The notes beneath the pieces were generated by a model, which was not told the origin of the DNA, did not search any database, and worked only from the letters and a program-made list of their open reading frames with translations. Both the position numbers and the translations under genes were made by a program. From Felis catus (taxonomy: Eukaryota), in NCBI RefSeq assembly GCF_018350175.1, contig NC_058368.1, forward strand, positions 169,882,001 to 169,946,000: a DNA stretch of 64,000 nt. The letters run 5' to 3'. This document shows, in pieces, positions 1 through 12,621 of this stretch. The stretch's first letter is position 1. Each line of letters starts with the position of its first letter.

Positions 1-153
1 AATACACTTGCCATAGAAAAATAGTTTTTCTTAACAAACTCACTTTTGTGACACAGTATTTTTTTTCATCTGTTTAAGGAACCCCTTTTTTTTTTTGAGG
101 ATAAATTCCTTACCCTGGTTTTCAAGGCTTTGTTGTAACTCTACGTGGTAAAT

Positions 154-610
154 ATGTGGGGAGTCAGGTACTCAGTGTTCATTCTTATGCACTTTTCTGC
201 CTCACCCTGTGTGGCAAAGGCTACAAGCCTGACAAGTACATTTTCTAGACAAGTTTGTCTCTAGTGTTTTGGATAGATTGACCTTCTGCCTAGTAGACAC
301 ACTTATCCAAGATTTGAAAAGAAAGGAGGCAGAAGCTACATTATTCTTACTTTCATTGTAGACTAGGGCTTTACAGAGATAAGTTTGGTAATGATCTCTG
401 TGTTCATTTGCTATTTACCTGCCATAGACGTGCAGAGGAACTTTGAAGTGTTACTGGTTTTCTGTAGGTTTTTAACCTCTGGACTTGAGTTTCTGACTTT
501 GTCCAGCCGTTTCTATGGTTTGTAAGCTCCCAATTTCCTGTATTATATCCTTTTCTGTTTAAAATACATGGAATGGCTCCTCTTTTTTATGAATGAATCC
601 TGACTATGTA
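154..610 (+). mobile_element. ERVL solo LTR, LTR33-like, degraded
   Basis: Motifs 'tacattttctagac...ttctgcc', 'gatttgaaaagaaaggaggcagaagc' and a 3' end 'taaaatac...gaatcctgactatgta' resemble recalled LTR33; boundaries approximate. Confidence 0.5.
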
Positions 611-1000
611 ATATAAACTCTCCTCTAATAAAGATGCCTAAAAAAGGGAAAACATGGACTGATGCCATGCTTTGATGGATTCCCTTGTCTCTCCCTTCCT
701 TCTCCCTATTCAAATCTATCTAGGTCTGCCTCCATGCACTATTTCCCACTCCCAAGCCCCTACTAAATCCACATTTCTTAACTCATTTAGTGTTATTACC
801 CTGTGGTATAAGTTTCTCCGGTTCAGTGTTAATCTTCTTTTGCATTGCTCTTTTTAAAAATCATTTTTGTCTCTTTAGTATCCCCCATTACATTATAAGC
901 TCCATGAGACTCAGTCTATTATTTTATTTTCTTTTGAATTCCGTACAGAGGTAACATAGTATGATATACATAATGGGCTTACTAAAACACATACTGTCTT

Positions 1001-1032
1001 ACACACACACACACAACACACACACACACACA
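1001..1032. repeat. imperfect (CA)n microsatellite
   Basis: acacacacacacacaacacacacacacacaca seen directly. Confidence 0.9.
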
Positions 1033-2874
1033 AAACAGATCTTGTGGTTTTCTTTTGTGATTGTAAAAGTTATATATGCTTGTTATATACATGCGTATTT
1101 TAAAGAAAGTGACAGTATTCTTAATTTTCTTATTCAGAAATGATCACTATTAGTTTTCAGTACATTTTATTTATAAATATTTAATTATAGTTTGAATTCT
1201 ATTAGGAATGTGAACAAATTTTTTCATATCTTTTTCTACTAAAACTATAAAACAAATATTTTTCCATCATTAAAAATTTCACATGAGCACTGACATGGCA
1301 TTACAGCACTTGATTATGCACATGCGCCATCATCTAATTATTTCTCCATTGCTAAATATTTAGATTATTCTACATTTTTAGTATAAAAAATGCTGCAGTA
1401 AGAATAATTGTACATCAATCTTAGCATCACAAAAAATTCTCAGCACACCATTTCCTGAAGAATAGAGATTATTTATGAGTTACTTATTAAAAATAAGTAG
1501 TATTATATGTGACTTGCAAAGAACTAGGAGAATTCAGAGAAGAAAGTAAAGAATTCAGGGATAGAATTGCTCTCCTCAGATATTAATTTAGTAAATCAAT
1601 AAATGACTAAGTGATTGAATGAATGAGCAAAATAGTCCTGTTGCTAATCCATTTCACCAGTGGCTCATAAGTAAAATAGGTGGAAGCTGTGTTTCGAAAT
1701 ACACTTTGTATCCATATGTGTCATGTCATACACAACTAGTTTTATGCTACCCTGTGTCTGTTAGTGCTTTTGAAGCTTCTCTTACATAAAAAGTTGATCA
1801 AAGTCTGGTCCATATTAACATGTTTGTTAACCTGCACTAACATTCAGGTAAAGAATAGTAAAGGACATTATTTCATCTCTCATTTTAATTTAAGAAATCA
1901 CTTAAGCTCTGTGAAATCCAGACTAAGGGGGATCCTGAGGGCCCTTCAAAAGACAACTTGGTGGCACCTTAGTGTTACCGTCAGCCTGTGCAGGGCAAAG
2001 AAGAGTAGGAAGGGGAGCACCATTGAGTGAGTATTGATGTGGGCCAATATAATGTTCTGGGCCAGAATAGAATTATTTTAAGGCTTAATGATTTTAGGGG
2101 ACTGCTCTCATGGACTATAACCTAGATGAGCAATATGATGAGATAATTTCTCATTTGAGGTTGTTGCAGTGGGCAAACAAAGCTAGCTATTTCCAAGTTA
2201 GCCTCTGGGCACTCAATTCCCGAAATTGGCATTTAGCATATCAGACACTGATAGTTTCTTTTTACCATACTGGTGCTTTCAAAAATGGAAAACCACATCA
2301 AATACCAATATAATATAACGGGAGAATAAAGGTCAAATTTCATATAATAAAGGAAATCTATTTTCTCTGCTGACAATCCCTAGAACTTCAGCACTCGGGA
2401 TGTTCAGAGATAGCCACATGATGAAAAACATCAGGTGAGGAAGCTTTTTAAAAATTATAACAAATCTGATGAGCAAGATTGCCTTCAAAAACTGTTGCAG
2501 AAAGAAATCCCGAAGGAAGGAAAACACAGCATAAAATAATGTTGGTCTAGGTAATGGAGTGGGGGTTCACCTTGCAGAAACCGGTAGACAGCCTTCTCTT
2601 TTGTTTGGCATGAGTGATTAATAGCTGGTTCTGCCCATAATTTGTCATCTCACACACCGGCCTCTCGGCACTCTGGTGTATTTTCAGCCAACACAGCTCG
2701 TACTTTGGCACTGGATCTTGACAGGAACAGTACTCAAGACGGAGCATATATTTTGTTAGTGCACTCCACTGGGTGACCTAGGAGTAAGGAAATCGTAGAT
2801 CTTAACAGTGGACCTTAACAGTGGGCCACAAATGAGGTCACTCTTGGAGACAACAATAAAAGGTATATTTTCTA

Positions 2875-3057
2875 AACTGCTTAATATGCATCTGCATTGT
2901 TTTAAGTACTCTGCATGTATTGACTCATTTAGTCCTCACAATAACCATAAGAGAGAGGCACTATTATGGTTCCATATAGGTGAGGAAACTGAGAACATGC
3001 ATAGAAACAGAAATCAAGAAACTTTCCCAAGCCATAGTGCTTAACTATCTGGGATTC
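2875..3057 (-). mobile_element. MIR SINE
   Basis: Reverse-strand MIR core 'actcatttagtcctcacaataacc...aggtgaggaaactgag'. Confidence 0.75.
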
Positions 3058-3099
3058 ACACACTACTTTTTCCTTAAAGTTTCTGTGATGATTTTCAGT

Positions 3100-3565
3100 A
3101 ATTGTGACAAATAAATCTTGACTTATCTGGCCCCAACCATGTCCTCTGTCTCATCTTCTGTTATTGAACAATATGCTCTCTGTATTCTAGGCACTCAGAT
3201 TATTTGCCGTTTTCAAAATGTGCTTTGTCTCACCCTATCCACATCTGTTTGATGTGTACTTCACACCTTCATAGGTTGGCACATTTCAGTTTCAAATTTT
3301 AGTAAATAGCTCCTATTCCTAAAGTCATCAGGGATGTCTCCTTTGCAGGAGAATATAATTATTCCCTTCTCTGTTCTCTAATAATCTTTCTTCCTTGCCC
3401 TGATAGCACTTACCATGTTGTATTATTTGTCTTTCTGAATATCTCTATCTTTACAGTGGCTTTCCTTCAGAACAGGAGCAGGAACAATGTGTTACCTTTT
3501 TTTTTTTTTTTTTAAGATTCCCCCATCTGTAGTGGAATGTGTGGTATCAAATATATACTTAATAG
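3100..3565 (+). mobile_element. L2 3' fragment, highly degraded
   Basis: Pyrimidine-rich L2-like tail 'atagcacttaccatgttgtatt...'. Confidence 0.4.
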
Positions 3566-4429
3566 GCTTATTTTAAGTTAATAAGCCTCTCAAATAGGCT
3601 TATGCGAATAAATAGTTAGCAACAGAAATGATGACCAAACATGTGAGGAGTGGGAACATTATCAGACAAATTGGGAATAAATGGTGTTTATTTATCTGAA
3701 ATTAAGGTAATATATGTAATTCTGATCTGATTAGCTAGTACCTTTATTTATATGTATATGTCTGGGGTGGGAAACTACTGATATACTCAAGATTGACCTT
3801 GAAGCCACTCTTCCTGGAAAGACATCCCGTGATTTTTGCTTCACTGCTACCTTCAACTAGAGCTCATGCCTTCAACAATCCATGACTGTCTGGTATAGTC
3901 ATTTTCCATATTGATCATTGACCATGAGGTCAGAGGAACAGCTGCTGGTGGAAGCTCAGTACTCATTCCTCATGCTTCTCTATCTCACTAGCCTCTGCTT
4001 CCCTGGGTAGTTTATTTCATCCTTCCATGATATTGAGGGAGACCTTCTGGTTATGAGACATTGGCACAGAGATGTGCACAATAAAGATATAGTTCCTTTC
4101 CTCATGGGGTGGGGGGAGTGGGCATTGGAAACGTAGATAAAGAGCCACTGTTTCAAGGTCTTGGCTTCTCCACCTCTACTCTCCTGATTCTACAATTGGT
4201 AAGACCAGTTGCCAAGACCAGAAACTTTGGTTGTAATCGGTATGAGTGAAAGGGTTAAGACGGGAGGCTGGTATGGCTGGTGTAACAGTGAAATAGTAAG
4301 GAAGCAGCATGAAAGGCCTGCCTGGCAAGGAGAAGATGTGGAGAAATTCAACAGAACGTAGCCATACTGTCTTCTAAATGGAAATACTCTTAAACTTTGA
4401 GAATAGAGACAAACAAAACACAAGAAATT

Positions 4430-4670
4430 AATAACAATAATAATAAGTGGCATTTATCTTACAACACTCTTCTAAGTATTTTATATATGTGAACTCATAT
4501 TATCTTCATAAAACCCTATCGAGTAGATAGTAGTATTATCCCCATTCCACAGGTGAGAAGACTGAGATACAAAGAAGTGACATAAGCAAGTGAGTGACAA
4601 ATGTAGGATTTGGACTCAGGCAGTAGACCTCCAGAGTCCTTGTTCTGAAATATTAAATAATATTGTCTCT
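4430..4670 (-). mobile_element. MIR SINE
   Basis: 'aaaccctatcgagtagatagtagtattatccccattccacaggtgagaagactgag...ggatttggactcaggcag'. Confidence 0.8.
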
Positions 4671-5231
4671 TAGCAAAATACTTCTTTAAGTAAAAACAGA
4701 TGTAAATTATCTTACTACACTACAGGAAAATCAAGGACATTTTATATATCTTGAAAGCTGGTTCAGCTAAATTTTAGTTATTATGAATTGATTTTCTGGT
4801 ATATGGATTATTGAAGCACTTAATCCTTGCCTTCTCTCCTGTGTCTTTGGTTCTGCTGATATGCTGTGTATGAAAGAGAACAAAGGAGAAAATCTAATTG
4901 CACCATTTCATAGAAGCCTAACCATTTAGTGCTCCTCCTTGTCCTGTTGTTGAACTAATTTTCAAAATTGATACCATATATGAAAAGCAAATTTCTGTAG
5001 AAATTTTATAGAATTTATTAACAGAATCCTGGATGGTTATTAGAGTGACTGTGGAGAGGGGTAGTTGATAAAGCTGATAACTGTCCACACATTGGACATA
5101 CACACTAAGGTTGGGGCATATCAGCTGTGGTAGGGAGCTGGATAGAGTTCCAAACACTCTAAGCACATGGGTGTTGACTGTAAAATAAATGTGACTACCA
5201 GAGAAAAATCAGGCTTGATAATGGTTTAGGA

Positions 5232-5458
5232 AAGGGGTCAATAAACTTTCTCTATAAAAGGCCATATGGTAAATATTTTAGGGTTCTGGGACACATGGTC
5301 TCAACTCTCTGGGACAAGTACTCAACTCTGCCACTGTAGCACACATAAAGCTAGAGGGAATGCTTGAATAAATGAGTGTGGCTTTATTCCACTAAAACTC
5401 TGTTAAAACAAATGGTGGACCAGATATAACCCATGGGGCCATAGTTTGTAGGATCCTG
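5232..5458 (+). mobile_element. MER58A-like hAT-Charlie MITE
   Basis: Start 'aggggtcaataaactttctctataaaaggcc', internal 'actcaactctgccactgtagc', end 'gccatagtttgtaggatcctg'; degenerate 8-bp TSD gtttagga/gcttagaa. Confidence 0.85.
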
Positions 5459-6109
5459 GCTTAGAACCGTAGGTGAACAAAACACTTGTTACAGAAGAGT
5501 ATAACTGTCCATGAGTTCTGTCGCTTCTGTTAAATGTTGCAGAATAAAAAGGTATTGGTCAGGGTTTAAAGAAGAGTTTCTCTGGTTTGAAGTCCAAGAA
5601 GTTCTATGAAGAAAGGTATTTTGACGGACATTGGAAGTAAATATAAAGTTGGAGAAGAATGGCCAAAAGTCCAAGAAAAGATGTAGGGCAACAGTTAAGG
5701 AAACAATTTTCTCACTTGAGGGTACAGGGCTGGGACCCTGACCATCAGTTGTAGGAGACAAAGAAGATTCATAGCATTGGCCTCACAGTCTAAGGCCTGA
5801 AGTCCCAACCCTGTGGTGTTTATAAGGAGACAAATGGAGGCTACCAAAGGAGCATCTAGTGCTACCCACAATGCCACCCCGTGTCTGTCCCAGGATAAAA
5901 GCGAAATGGGATAGAGACCAGAACAATTTCTGGGGCTTGGGTATCTGGTACAACGTGAGGCTGGCATAATTTAACTACCTTAGGGTACATTTTATATAGA
6001 CTCATTGGTTTCTTTTTTTATACTTTGTCTCTTTCTCATTTTTTAAATGTTTTCCTTAGGTTTTAAAAAAGGATTATTTGAGAAAAATTGCAAGTTTTAT
6101 CTTCCATAG

Positions 6110-6720
6110 ACATATCTTTGCTTAGTCTCTGTCAATTCCTACTGCATTCAGTCCCTTGGGTTTCTAGCCTGGATTATTGAAACAGATTCAGAGATGGCCT
6201 CATTGCCTCTAGTTATAGTCTTGAGTGTCCTCCTCCACTCTATTATCTGTATAATAGATGAAATGTGATCCTGTCATTTCTTGGTGCAAGACCCTGTAGT
6301 GACTCCCCACTATGTACCAATAAAAGCCCAAAGTCCTTAAAATGGAAGAAAAGCACTTTGCTATTTTGCACTGTCTACTTCTCCAACATTCCTTTGACAC
6401 TCAGGACTTTGAACTTCATATTTGGGCAACATCAAATGGTGTTTAGTTTCTTGCCACGCTGGGCTATTTCTTGCCTCTGTACCTTTGGTCACCTCAGAAT
6501 TCTTACTCCTTGATCAGACTGCCTAACTTCATTCATCATTTAAGGCTCAGATTCCATTACCTTCTTATGATCTATGCACATTTGTCCTGTTGTGCTTAAA
6601 TATTGGCCTTCCTCAACTTCTCCTTCACCAGAGTGTGATCAGGACCTGTATTCTTATGTCTGTACCACAGGGCCTGGTACATACTATGCATGTTTTTAAA
6701 ATCAGTCACAAATGATTAAA
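6110..6720 (+). mobile_element. L2 3' region
   Basis: 'gcctggattattg', 'aaatgtgatcctgtcat', 'taaaagcccaaagtccttaa' and terminal 'cagggcctggtacatac'. Confidence 0.7.
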
Positions 6721-7309
6721 TGTCTGTGATAAGTAGGTGAACAGAATGTTCTCAGGGTCAAGGTTCAGAATGGGGAAAAAGGAAAGAAGTCAAAACCTGG
6801 GACAGAGAAAATGGATAGAGCTTGCATAATTGCCTAGTTGCTTTCAATCTAGGGTAAGTTATAGATTAAAAACAGATGTGGGGTGAGTAAAGAAATTACA
6901 AGTCATTCCACATACTTTCTTCCCAATTTTTTTTTGAAAAAAAAATGACATTTATTGTAAGAATTTGCATCCTGCAGTCTAAAGAGATTTTGGCATTTGT
7001 ATGAGTTCTGAACAACACAGGTACTCGTAGGAATGCACACCTAATTTCCCCCCTGTCATAATTAATGGCATTAACTTTTAATGATGGCCTCTGCCCTTGG
7101 GTCTGCAGAAATTCAAAACAATTTGGTTGGGCATTTTAATTCACAGGAAAAAAAAAATAGATGGACACATTTAAAACAGCTGAATCCTTAAGCCTTTGTG
7201 CACTTATCTGTGGCCATTGCCACACCAGCTCATTACCATGATGATAAATAGTTGGTGGTGTTATCCCTAAAGTTTTCTGTACAATTCAATGAAAATATCA
7301 ATAATAACT

Positions 7310-7455
7310 ATTCATTATTGGTTATGCCTGGCATCATGCTAAGCAGTCCCCATGCATTATTCCAATTAATCACAATAGCTCTGTGATACAAATTAGGACT
7401 CTGAGGCCCAAGGCCACCCAGCAACCGAGCCAAGATTGTGACTCCAGTGACTATG
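7310..7455 (-). mobile_element. MIR fragment
   Basis: 'atgcctggcatcatgctaagc...cacaatagctctgtga...ctgaggcccaaggccacccagc'. Confidence 0.6.
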
Positions 7456-8409
7456 CTCTTTATCATCACACTATGCATTTGCTCTAATTTATTAATTCGT
7501 TTAGGTCTTTCTATTTAAAATGCCTTTAGTCAACACAGCCACTATGGGATCTGCACACATACTAGAAGTAACATGGTCTGCTAATTCCAACCGTTTACTC
7601 ACTGTGTAAGTCAGTTCCTAGTTTCAAGCTCAGGCTCAAAGTGTAGACTCTTTTATGAGATTTCTGGCAGCAAGCAGGTGAAAGAAAGAATTCAAAACCA
7701 TTTCTTTTGTTGGGAGAGACACGTCAAGTAGTTGGGAGGAATTCGGACTGCCTTTCTGACATAGCTCCATTCAGCCCACAATCTAGTCTCTTGGAGAGCC
7801 TCACTAAAGTCTTTCTCATAATTGCCTGCCTGGAAGGTGGAAAATGGGATATGCGATGTCACAGCAAATGAGCGCATGTGGAACCCAGTAGAGCACGTCA
7901 GTGAAACAGCTCAGGATTAGCTAGGCACCCTCACCCATTTTCTCATTTAGTTTTTCTTCAAAAGAATACTGCATAAAATATACCACAGTAACCCACAGCT
8001 TATTCTAAAGTGCTGTCTTCTGGCAGCACGCATTAGCGTATGATTAGAGTTGAAAACTGAGAAACTAGACTTTCTTTAGCTGCTGGCCTGTTGCGTGAAA
8101 TGCAGTCAGGTAACCTACCCCAGGACCAACCAAGCCACAAGCATTTATTAAGTATCTATTAGCAATGCAGCAGGGATTTGCATGGTTTGGATACCAAAAG
8201 AATATCTAGAGCAAAGTTTCAGTTTAACCCTAGCAATACACAAGTCAAAATAAGGCATTTCAGTGCTTAAATGGCTGATAGAAGCTGTGGCAATTGAGAA
8301 GATAAATGGATGAATGACAGCTGGACTCAGCGGGCATAATGAGTATTTATTTGCTCTTACTGCCCACAATCTACTCATCTTTCTCCATTAAAATAATGCA
8401 GAATTTTTC

Positions 8410-8622
8410 TGGGGAATCATGCATCACTCACTCTCAGTCTACTTAGTTTGGGTGATAACTAAGACAAGAATGGGCACATGACTGATGGCAGCCAATGAGA
8501 TTTTTAAAAAATTCCTAGGTTGCCTGTGGTTGAAGCCAGTTCATTTTTTTATAAGACAGTTTGCATTGGGTTGCTTGCTACTTCCAATGAAAGGATTCCT
8601 AAGTTGGGTTTTTCTGCCTCTA
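8410..8622 (+). mobile_element. old MLT1 (J/K-like) MaLR LTR fragment
   Basis: 'tgggcacatgact...gccaatgaga' and end 'ttgcattgggttgcttgctacttccaatgaaaggattcctaa'. Confidence 0.45.
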
Positions 8623-9141
8623 GATAGGGCATAATAGATTTCTACTTCTGGGTAGGATACAGGAGTGCTGACAGGGTGATGTTCCCACTGCAAGAGCTTA
8701 AAATGGATAGATTATAAAATTCATATTTCTGACTTTATGAGAGAGCTGTAGAAGTAGCAGAGATGAGATAAACCATAACTCGAGAGAGGAGAAGTAAACC
8801 ACTCACCTCCAGCTGTTTTTCAGCCTCGTTCATCTGCCAGTTTGGAGCATGATCCGAGGACTAGACTTGCTGAAGGGGCAAGACTCTGCTGAGGGGAGGA
8901 GTAACCACCTAAGCTTTTTGCAGTTGAATGGGCCTAGTGTGGCAATTTGGTAACTTGTTCTGGAGTAGCAGGCGAGGGAGCTATGCTAAAAGTATGCAGA
9001 GTAAAGTATCCAGATTTTCTTGGTGCTTGCTTGGGAAGTGAGATCTACCAGTGAGGGAGTTTGCATCAATAACATTACCTGCCAGGAACTCAAGAAGTTA
9101 GCTTGGGGGCCGCATATAGTGTCTGAAACTTACAAAGAGTA

Positions 9142-9174
9142 ATCGCTTCTCGGCCTTTTGGCTAAGATCAGGTG
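9142..9174 (+). pseudogene. 3'-truncated (tailless) U2 snRNA retropseudogene, U2 nt 1-33
   Basis: atcgcttctcggccttttggctaagatcaggtg matches the U2 5' end ATCGCTTCTCGGCCTTTTGGCTAAGATCAAGTG with 1 mismatch; TSD tgaaactta(c/t)aaagagta at 9124-9141 and 9173-9190. Confidence 0.95.
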
Positions 9175-11770
9175 AAACTTATAAAGAGTAGAAATAGGCA
9201 TTTACTGTTCTGAGGCTTGGTAGGCAGAATCCTATCAGGCTGTCAGAGTTCTAATGAAAAATCTAAGAGATGCTTGTCCTTAGAGTAGTGACAATCAGAA
9301 ATGTACTGAATATTATAAATATTGCAATCTAGTTTTATCCCTAATGAGTTTCTAATTAGATTGAGATGATCGTGCCCTCACTGTATTTACTTAAATGTGG
9401 AGAAAGCACTCTCTGGTGAAAGATAAAATGATCTGGACCTTCTATGATTCTTTTGTTCATTATACCTGGCATACAATTAAAAATTAATAGACCCGTGAAA
9501 AGGCAAGATAATGTGACCAATAATTATATAGATGTCAGTCCACGAATGATCTAGGTAACAGAATTAGCAGACAAAGTATTATAAATAATATATTAAAGAA
9601 ATTAGAGGAGAGGACCAAATAGATAAAGGATATCTATACACATGAAAGGATAGTCATTCTAGAACTAAAACAACAGCAACAGTAGCAACAACAGCAGCAA
9701 TGACAAAACAGGGCTCCAAAAGAATACTGGGAACAGTCTGGATACAATAGAACACAGATACAACTTCAGCACAGGCAGTTCAAAGCAGGTCATTAGAAAA
9801 CATCCAAACTGACCCACAGAGGAAAAGAGATGGACAGAACAGAGAGCAAAACACATGAAATGAACTTAAAAATATATAGTATGTAACATATTTCTAAAAG
9901 GGGCCCTAAAAGGAGAACCCAGAATGCGAGAGCAGTAATTAATTTGATAATGATTAAAAGTTTTCAAAATTAAAATTCATCAACCCAAAGATTCAAGAAT
10001 TTAGCAAGTAGAAAGTAGGAAAAACTGCTATAGGCACGTCACAATAATTTTGGAAAAATACAAAAAGAAAAGAATCTTACAAGCATCCAGAGAAAAGCCA
10101 TATTACTTTCAAAGAAAACAAAATTAGATTGTTAGCTGACTTGTTTAAAAATGCGGTGGAAGCCAGATTGTGGTGGAATAGTATCTTTAAAGTGCTGAAT
10201 GACAATACTGCCAAATAGAAGTATGCATTCTGCAAGAATATCCTTCAGAATAGCATGAATGTTTTCAAAGATTGAGAGAACTTTTCTTCAGTAAGCCTGC
10301 AGTAAGAGAGAACCTAAATAAAATTCATCAGGCAGAAAGATGATCATAGAAACAAAGAAATGCAGGAGAGAAAGAAAAATGCCAGAGAGGATAAAAGATA
10401 AAAGCATGATAAATATTTTAATAAATATAGGAATATATGTATATTCAAATATAGGTGAATATTAAATATCTGTGGATATTCATTTGGATGTAGAACTAAA
10501 ATCTGTGACAATAATAAAAGTCAGGAGTGTCAAAGTCCTGACGCATATCAAGGGGTAAGTGCAATAAACTGAGTTCACTATGTAATTCAAGGGTGTGTTT
10601 TGTGATATCTACGGGTACTGCTAATAGAAGAATATAAGAATATGTGAATACACTCAATAAAAAGAAAATATAGAATAATAAAATACATGATTAACCCAGA
10701 AGAAATTGAGAATGAAGAAAAAGTGAACAGTTGGGAAAAATAGAAAAGGAATTTTAACACAGTAGGTATGTATGACCCTATTATTAGAAATTACTATAAC
10801 TATAAATGAACTAAATAGTCCAATAAAAAGCTAAGACAGGCTGCGTAACAGTGAAAGTCCCAGACCTACTTTAAGGACATAGAAGGTTTTGAAGTCAAAG
10901 GGTGGAAAAATATTTTAAACACCAACCAAGAGACAATAGCCAGGCTGAGAGTCAAAGTAGACATGAATAGCAAGAAGCAAGAGTATTTTCTGATAAGGAG
11001 GTTAACCCAACAGAAAGACATTCCAGGCTGAAATTAATATGCATTCGACATCATAGCTACAAAATAGATAAAGCAGAAAACAAATACAAAGCAGAACTAA
11101 AGGACATTAGAAAATTCCTACAATTGAAGTTGATTTAACAAATATACAGAAACTCAGTAATGGTATAGATCTGAACCACAAAATTAATAAACATGACTCA
11201 GTTGACATACGTAGAGCACTAGAATTAGCTTTAATAGAATTCAAGTCATTTTCATGTGCATATGCCAAAACTGACTATATGTTGGTCCAAAAGAAAGCCT
11301 CAAAAATTTTAAATGATTAAAATGATTCAGTCTGTTCTATGACTGCATTGACATTTAGCCAGAAGCCAATAACAAAAGCATGATGAGGAAATTCCCAAGT
11401 TCACTGAAATCAAACAATAATCTTTTAAATAATCCCTGGGTAAAAGAAGCAATCAAAATGGAAATCAGAAAACATTTTATATGAAATATAAAGAACTTAT
11501 CAAATCAAAACTTTTGGAATGAATCTAAATCAGTGTTTACAGGAACATTTTTAGCTTAAATGCATTTAAAGAAAATAAGATGAATATAAATATTTTAAGC
11601 TTTTATTTTTCAAGAACCTAGAGAATGAAAAGCAAATCAAAGCTATGGAAAATAGAAAAAAAATAAATAATATAATAAGGGCAGAAATAAATGGTAAAGA
11701 AAAAATCATACATGGAAGACAGATAACAAAGACAAATATTTTTTTAAGATAACTGAAATTGAAAATTCTT

Positions 11771-11838
11771 TTTTTAATTTTTTAACATTTATTTATCTAT
11801 TTATCTATTTATCTATTTATTTATTTATTTATTTATTT

Positions 11839-11869
<31 letters not shown>

Positions 11870-12023
11870 TGTGAGCCGGGGAGGGGCAAAGAAAGAGGGA
11901 GACGAGGCTCCAGGCTCTGAGCTGTCAGCACAGAGCCCGACTTGGGGCTCAAACTCATGAACCACGAGATCATGACCTGAGCCAAAGTTGGACACTTAAC
12001 CAACTGAGCCACCCAGGCACCCC
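11771..12023 (-). mobile_element. Can-SINE (SINEC_Fc family) inserted in the old L1
   Basis: Poly-T/(TTTA)n tail, (GA)n, 'ctgagccacccaggcacccc' head; TSD ctgaaa(t/g)tgaaaattctt at 11753-11770 and 12024-12041. Confidence 0.97.
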
Positions 12024-12621
12024 CTGAAAGTGAAAATTCTTAACGATCAAGCATGATAAAGGAGAGAGAGAAAGAGTGAGAGTGCACACTAGATTTTATC
12101 TTCTAGATAAAAAGCATGTTTGAACTTTAGGCAAATAAATTCAAAAATTTAAATAAAGTGGACAATATCGATGAAAAATGTTACATACCAATGCTAACAC
12201 AAGTAGAAATAGACATCTGAATAATCTTTTATCTGTTCATGAATTGGAAATCTGATATTAAAAATTATTTTTTAAAGATGCATATGGCTTCACCACTAAA
12301 TTATTTTATTCTCTCAAGAAAGAAGAACACTGAACTTGGACAAACTGTTCTGGAGAAAATTCAATGAGGAATCTTTTTCTAATTATTTCTATGGGACCAC
12401 CTTATCTTAATTACACCACTTAACAAGGGTATTAAAGGAAAATTACAGACCAGTTTCTCTTATGAATATGGATACAAAAATCTTCAACAAAAATTAGGTA
12501 GTTGAATCCAATAGTGTAGAAAAAAAGGATAATACCTTACAATCAAATGTTGTAGACATATAAGGTTGATTTATTATTTGAAAGGTGAATCAATGTAATT
12601 CACCACATCAATAAGAAGACA

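Larger units (their letters stand above)
8637..12620 (+). mobile_element. ancient L1 (L1M-type): 5'UTR, ORF1 and N-terminal half of ORF2, decayed
   Basis: A-rich + strand; ORF1-like 'gaattagcagacaaag', 'aagcatccagagaaaa'; endonuclease-region remnants near 11030-11080 and 11400-11560; 'atcaatgtaattcaccacatcaat' (INVIHHIN) ending near 12612; interrupted by a U2 fragment and a SINE. Confidence 0.85.

Noticed and set aside
9142..9174. Functional U2 snRNA gene
   Set aside because: Only 33 of ~190 nt; no branch-point pairing region or Sm site; flanked by a TSD.
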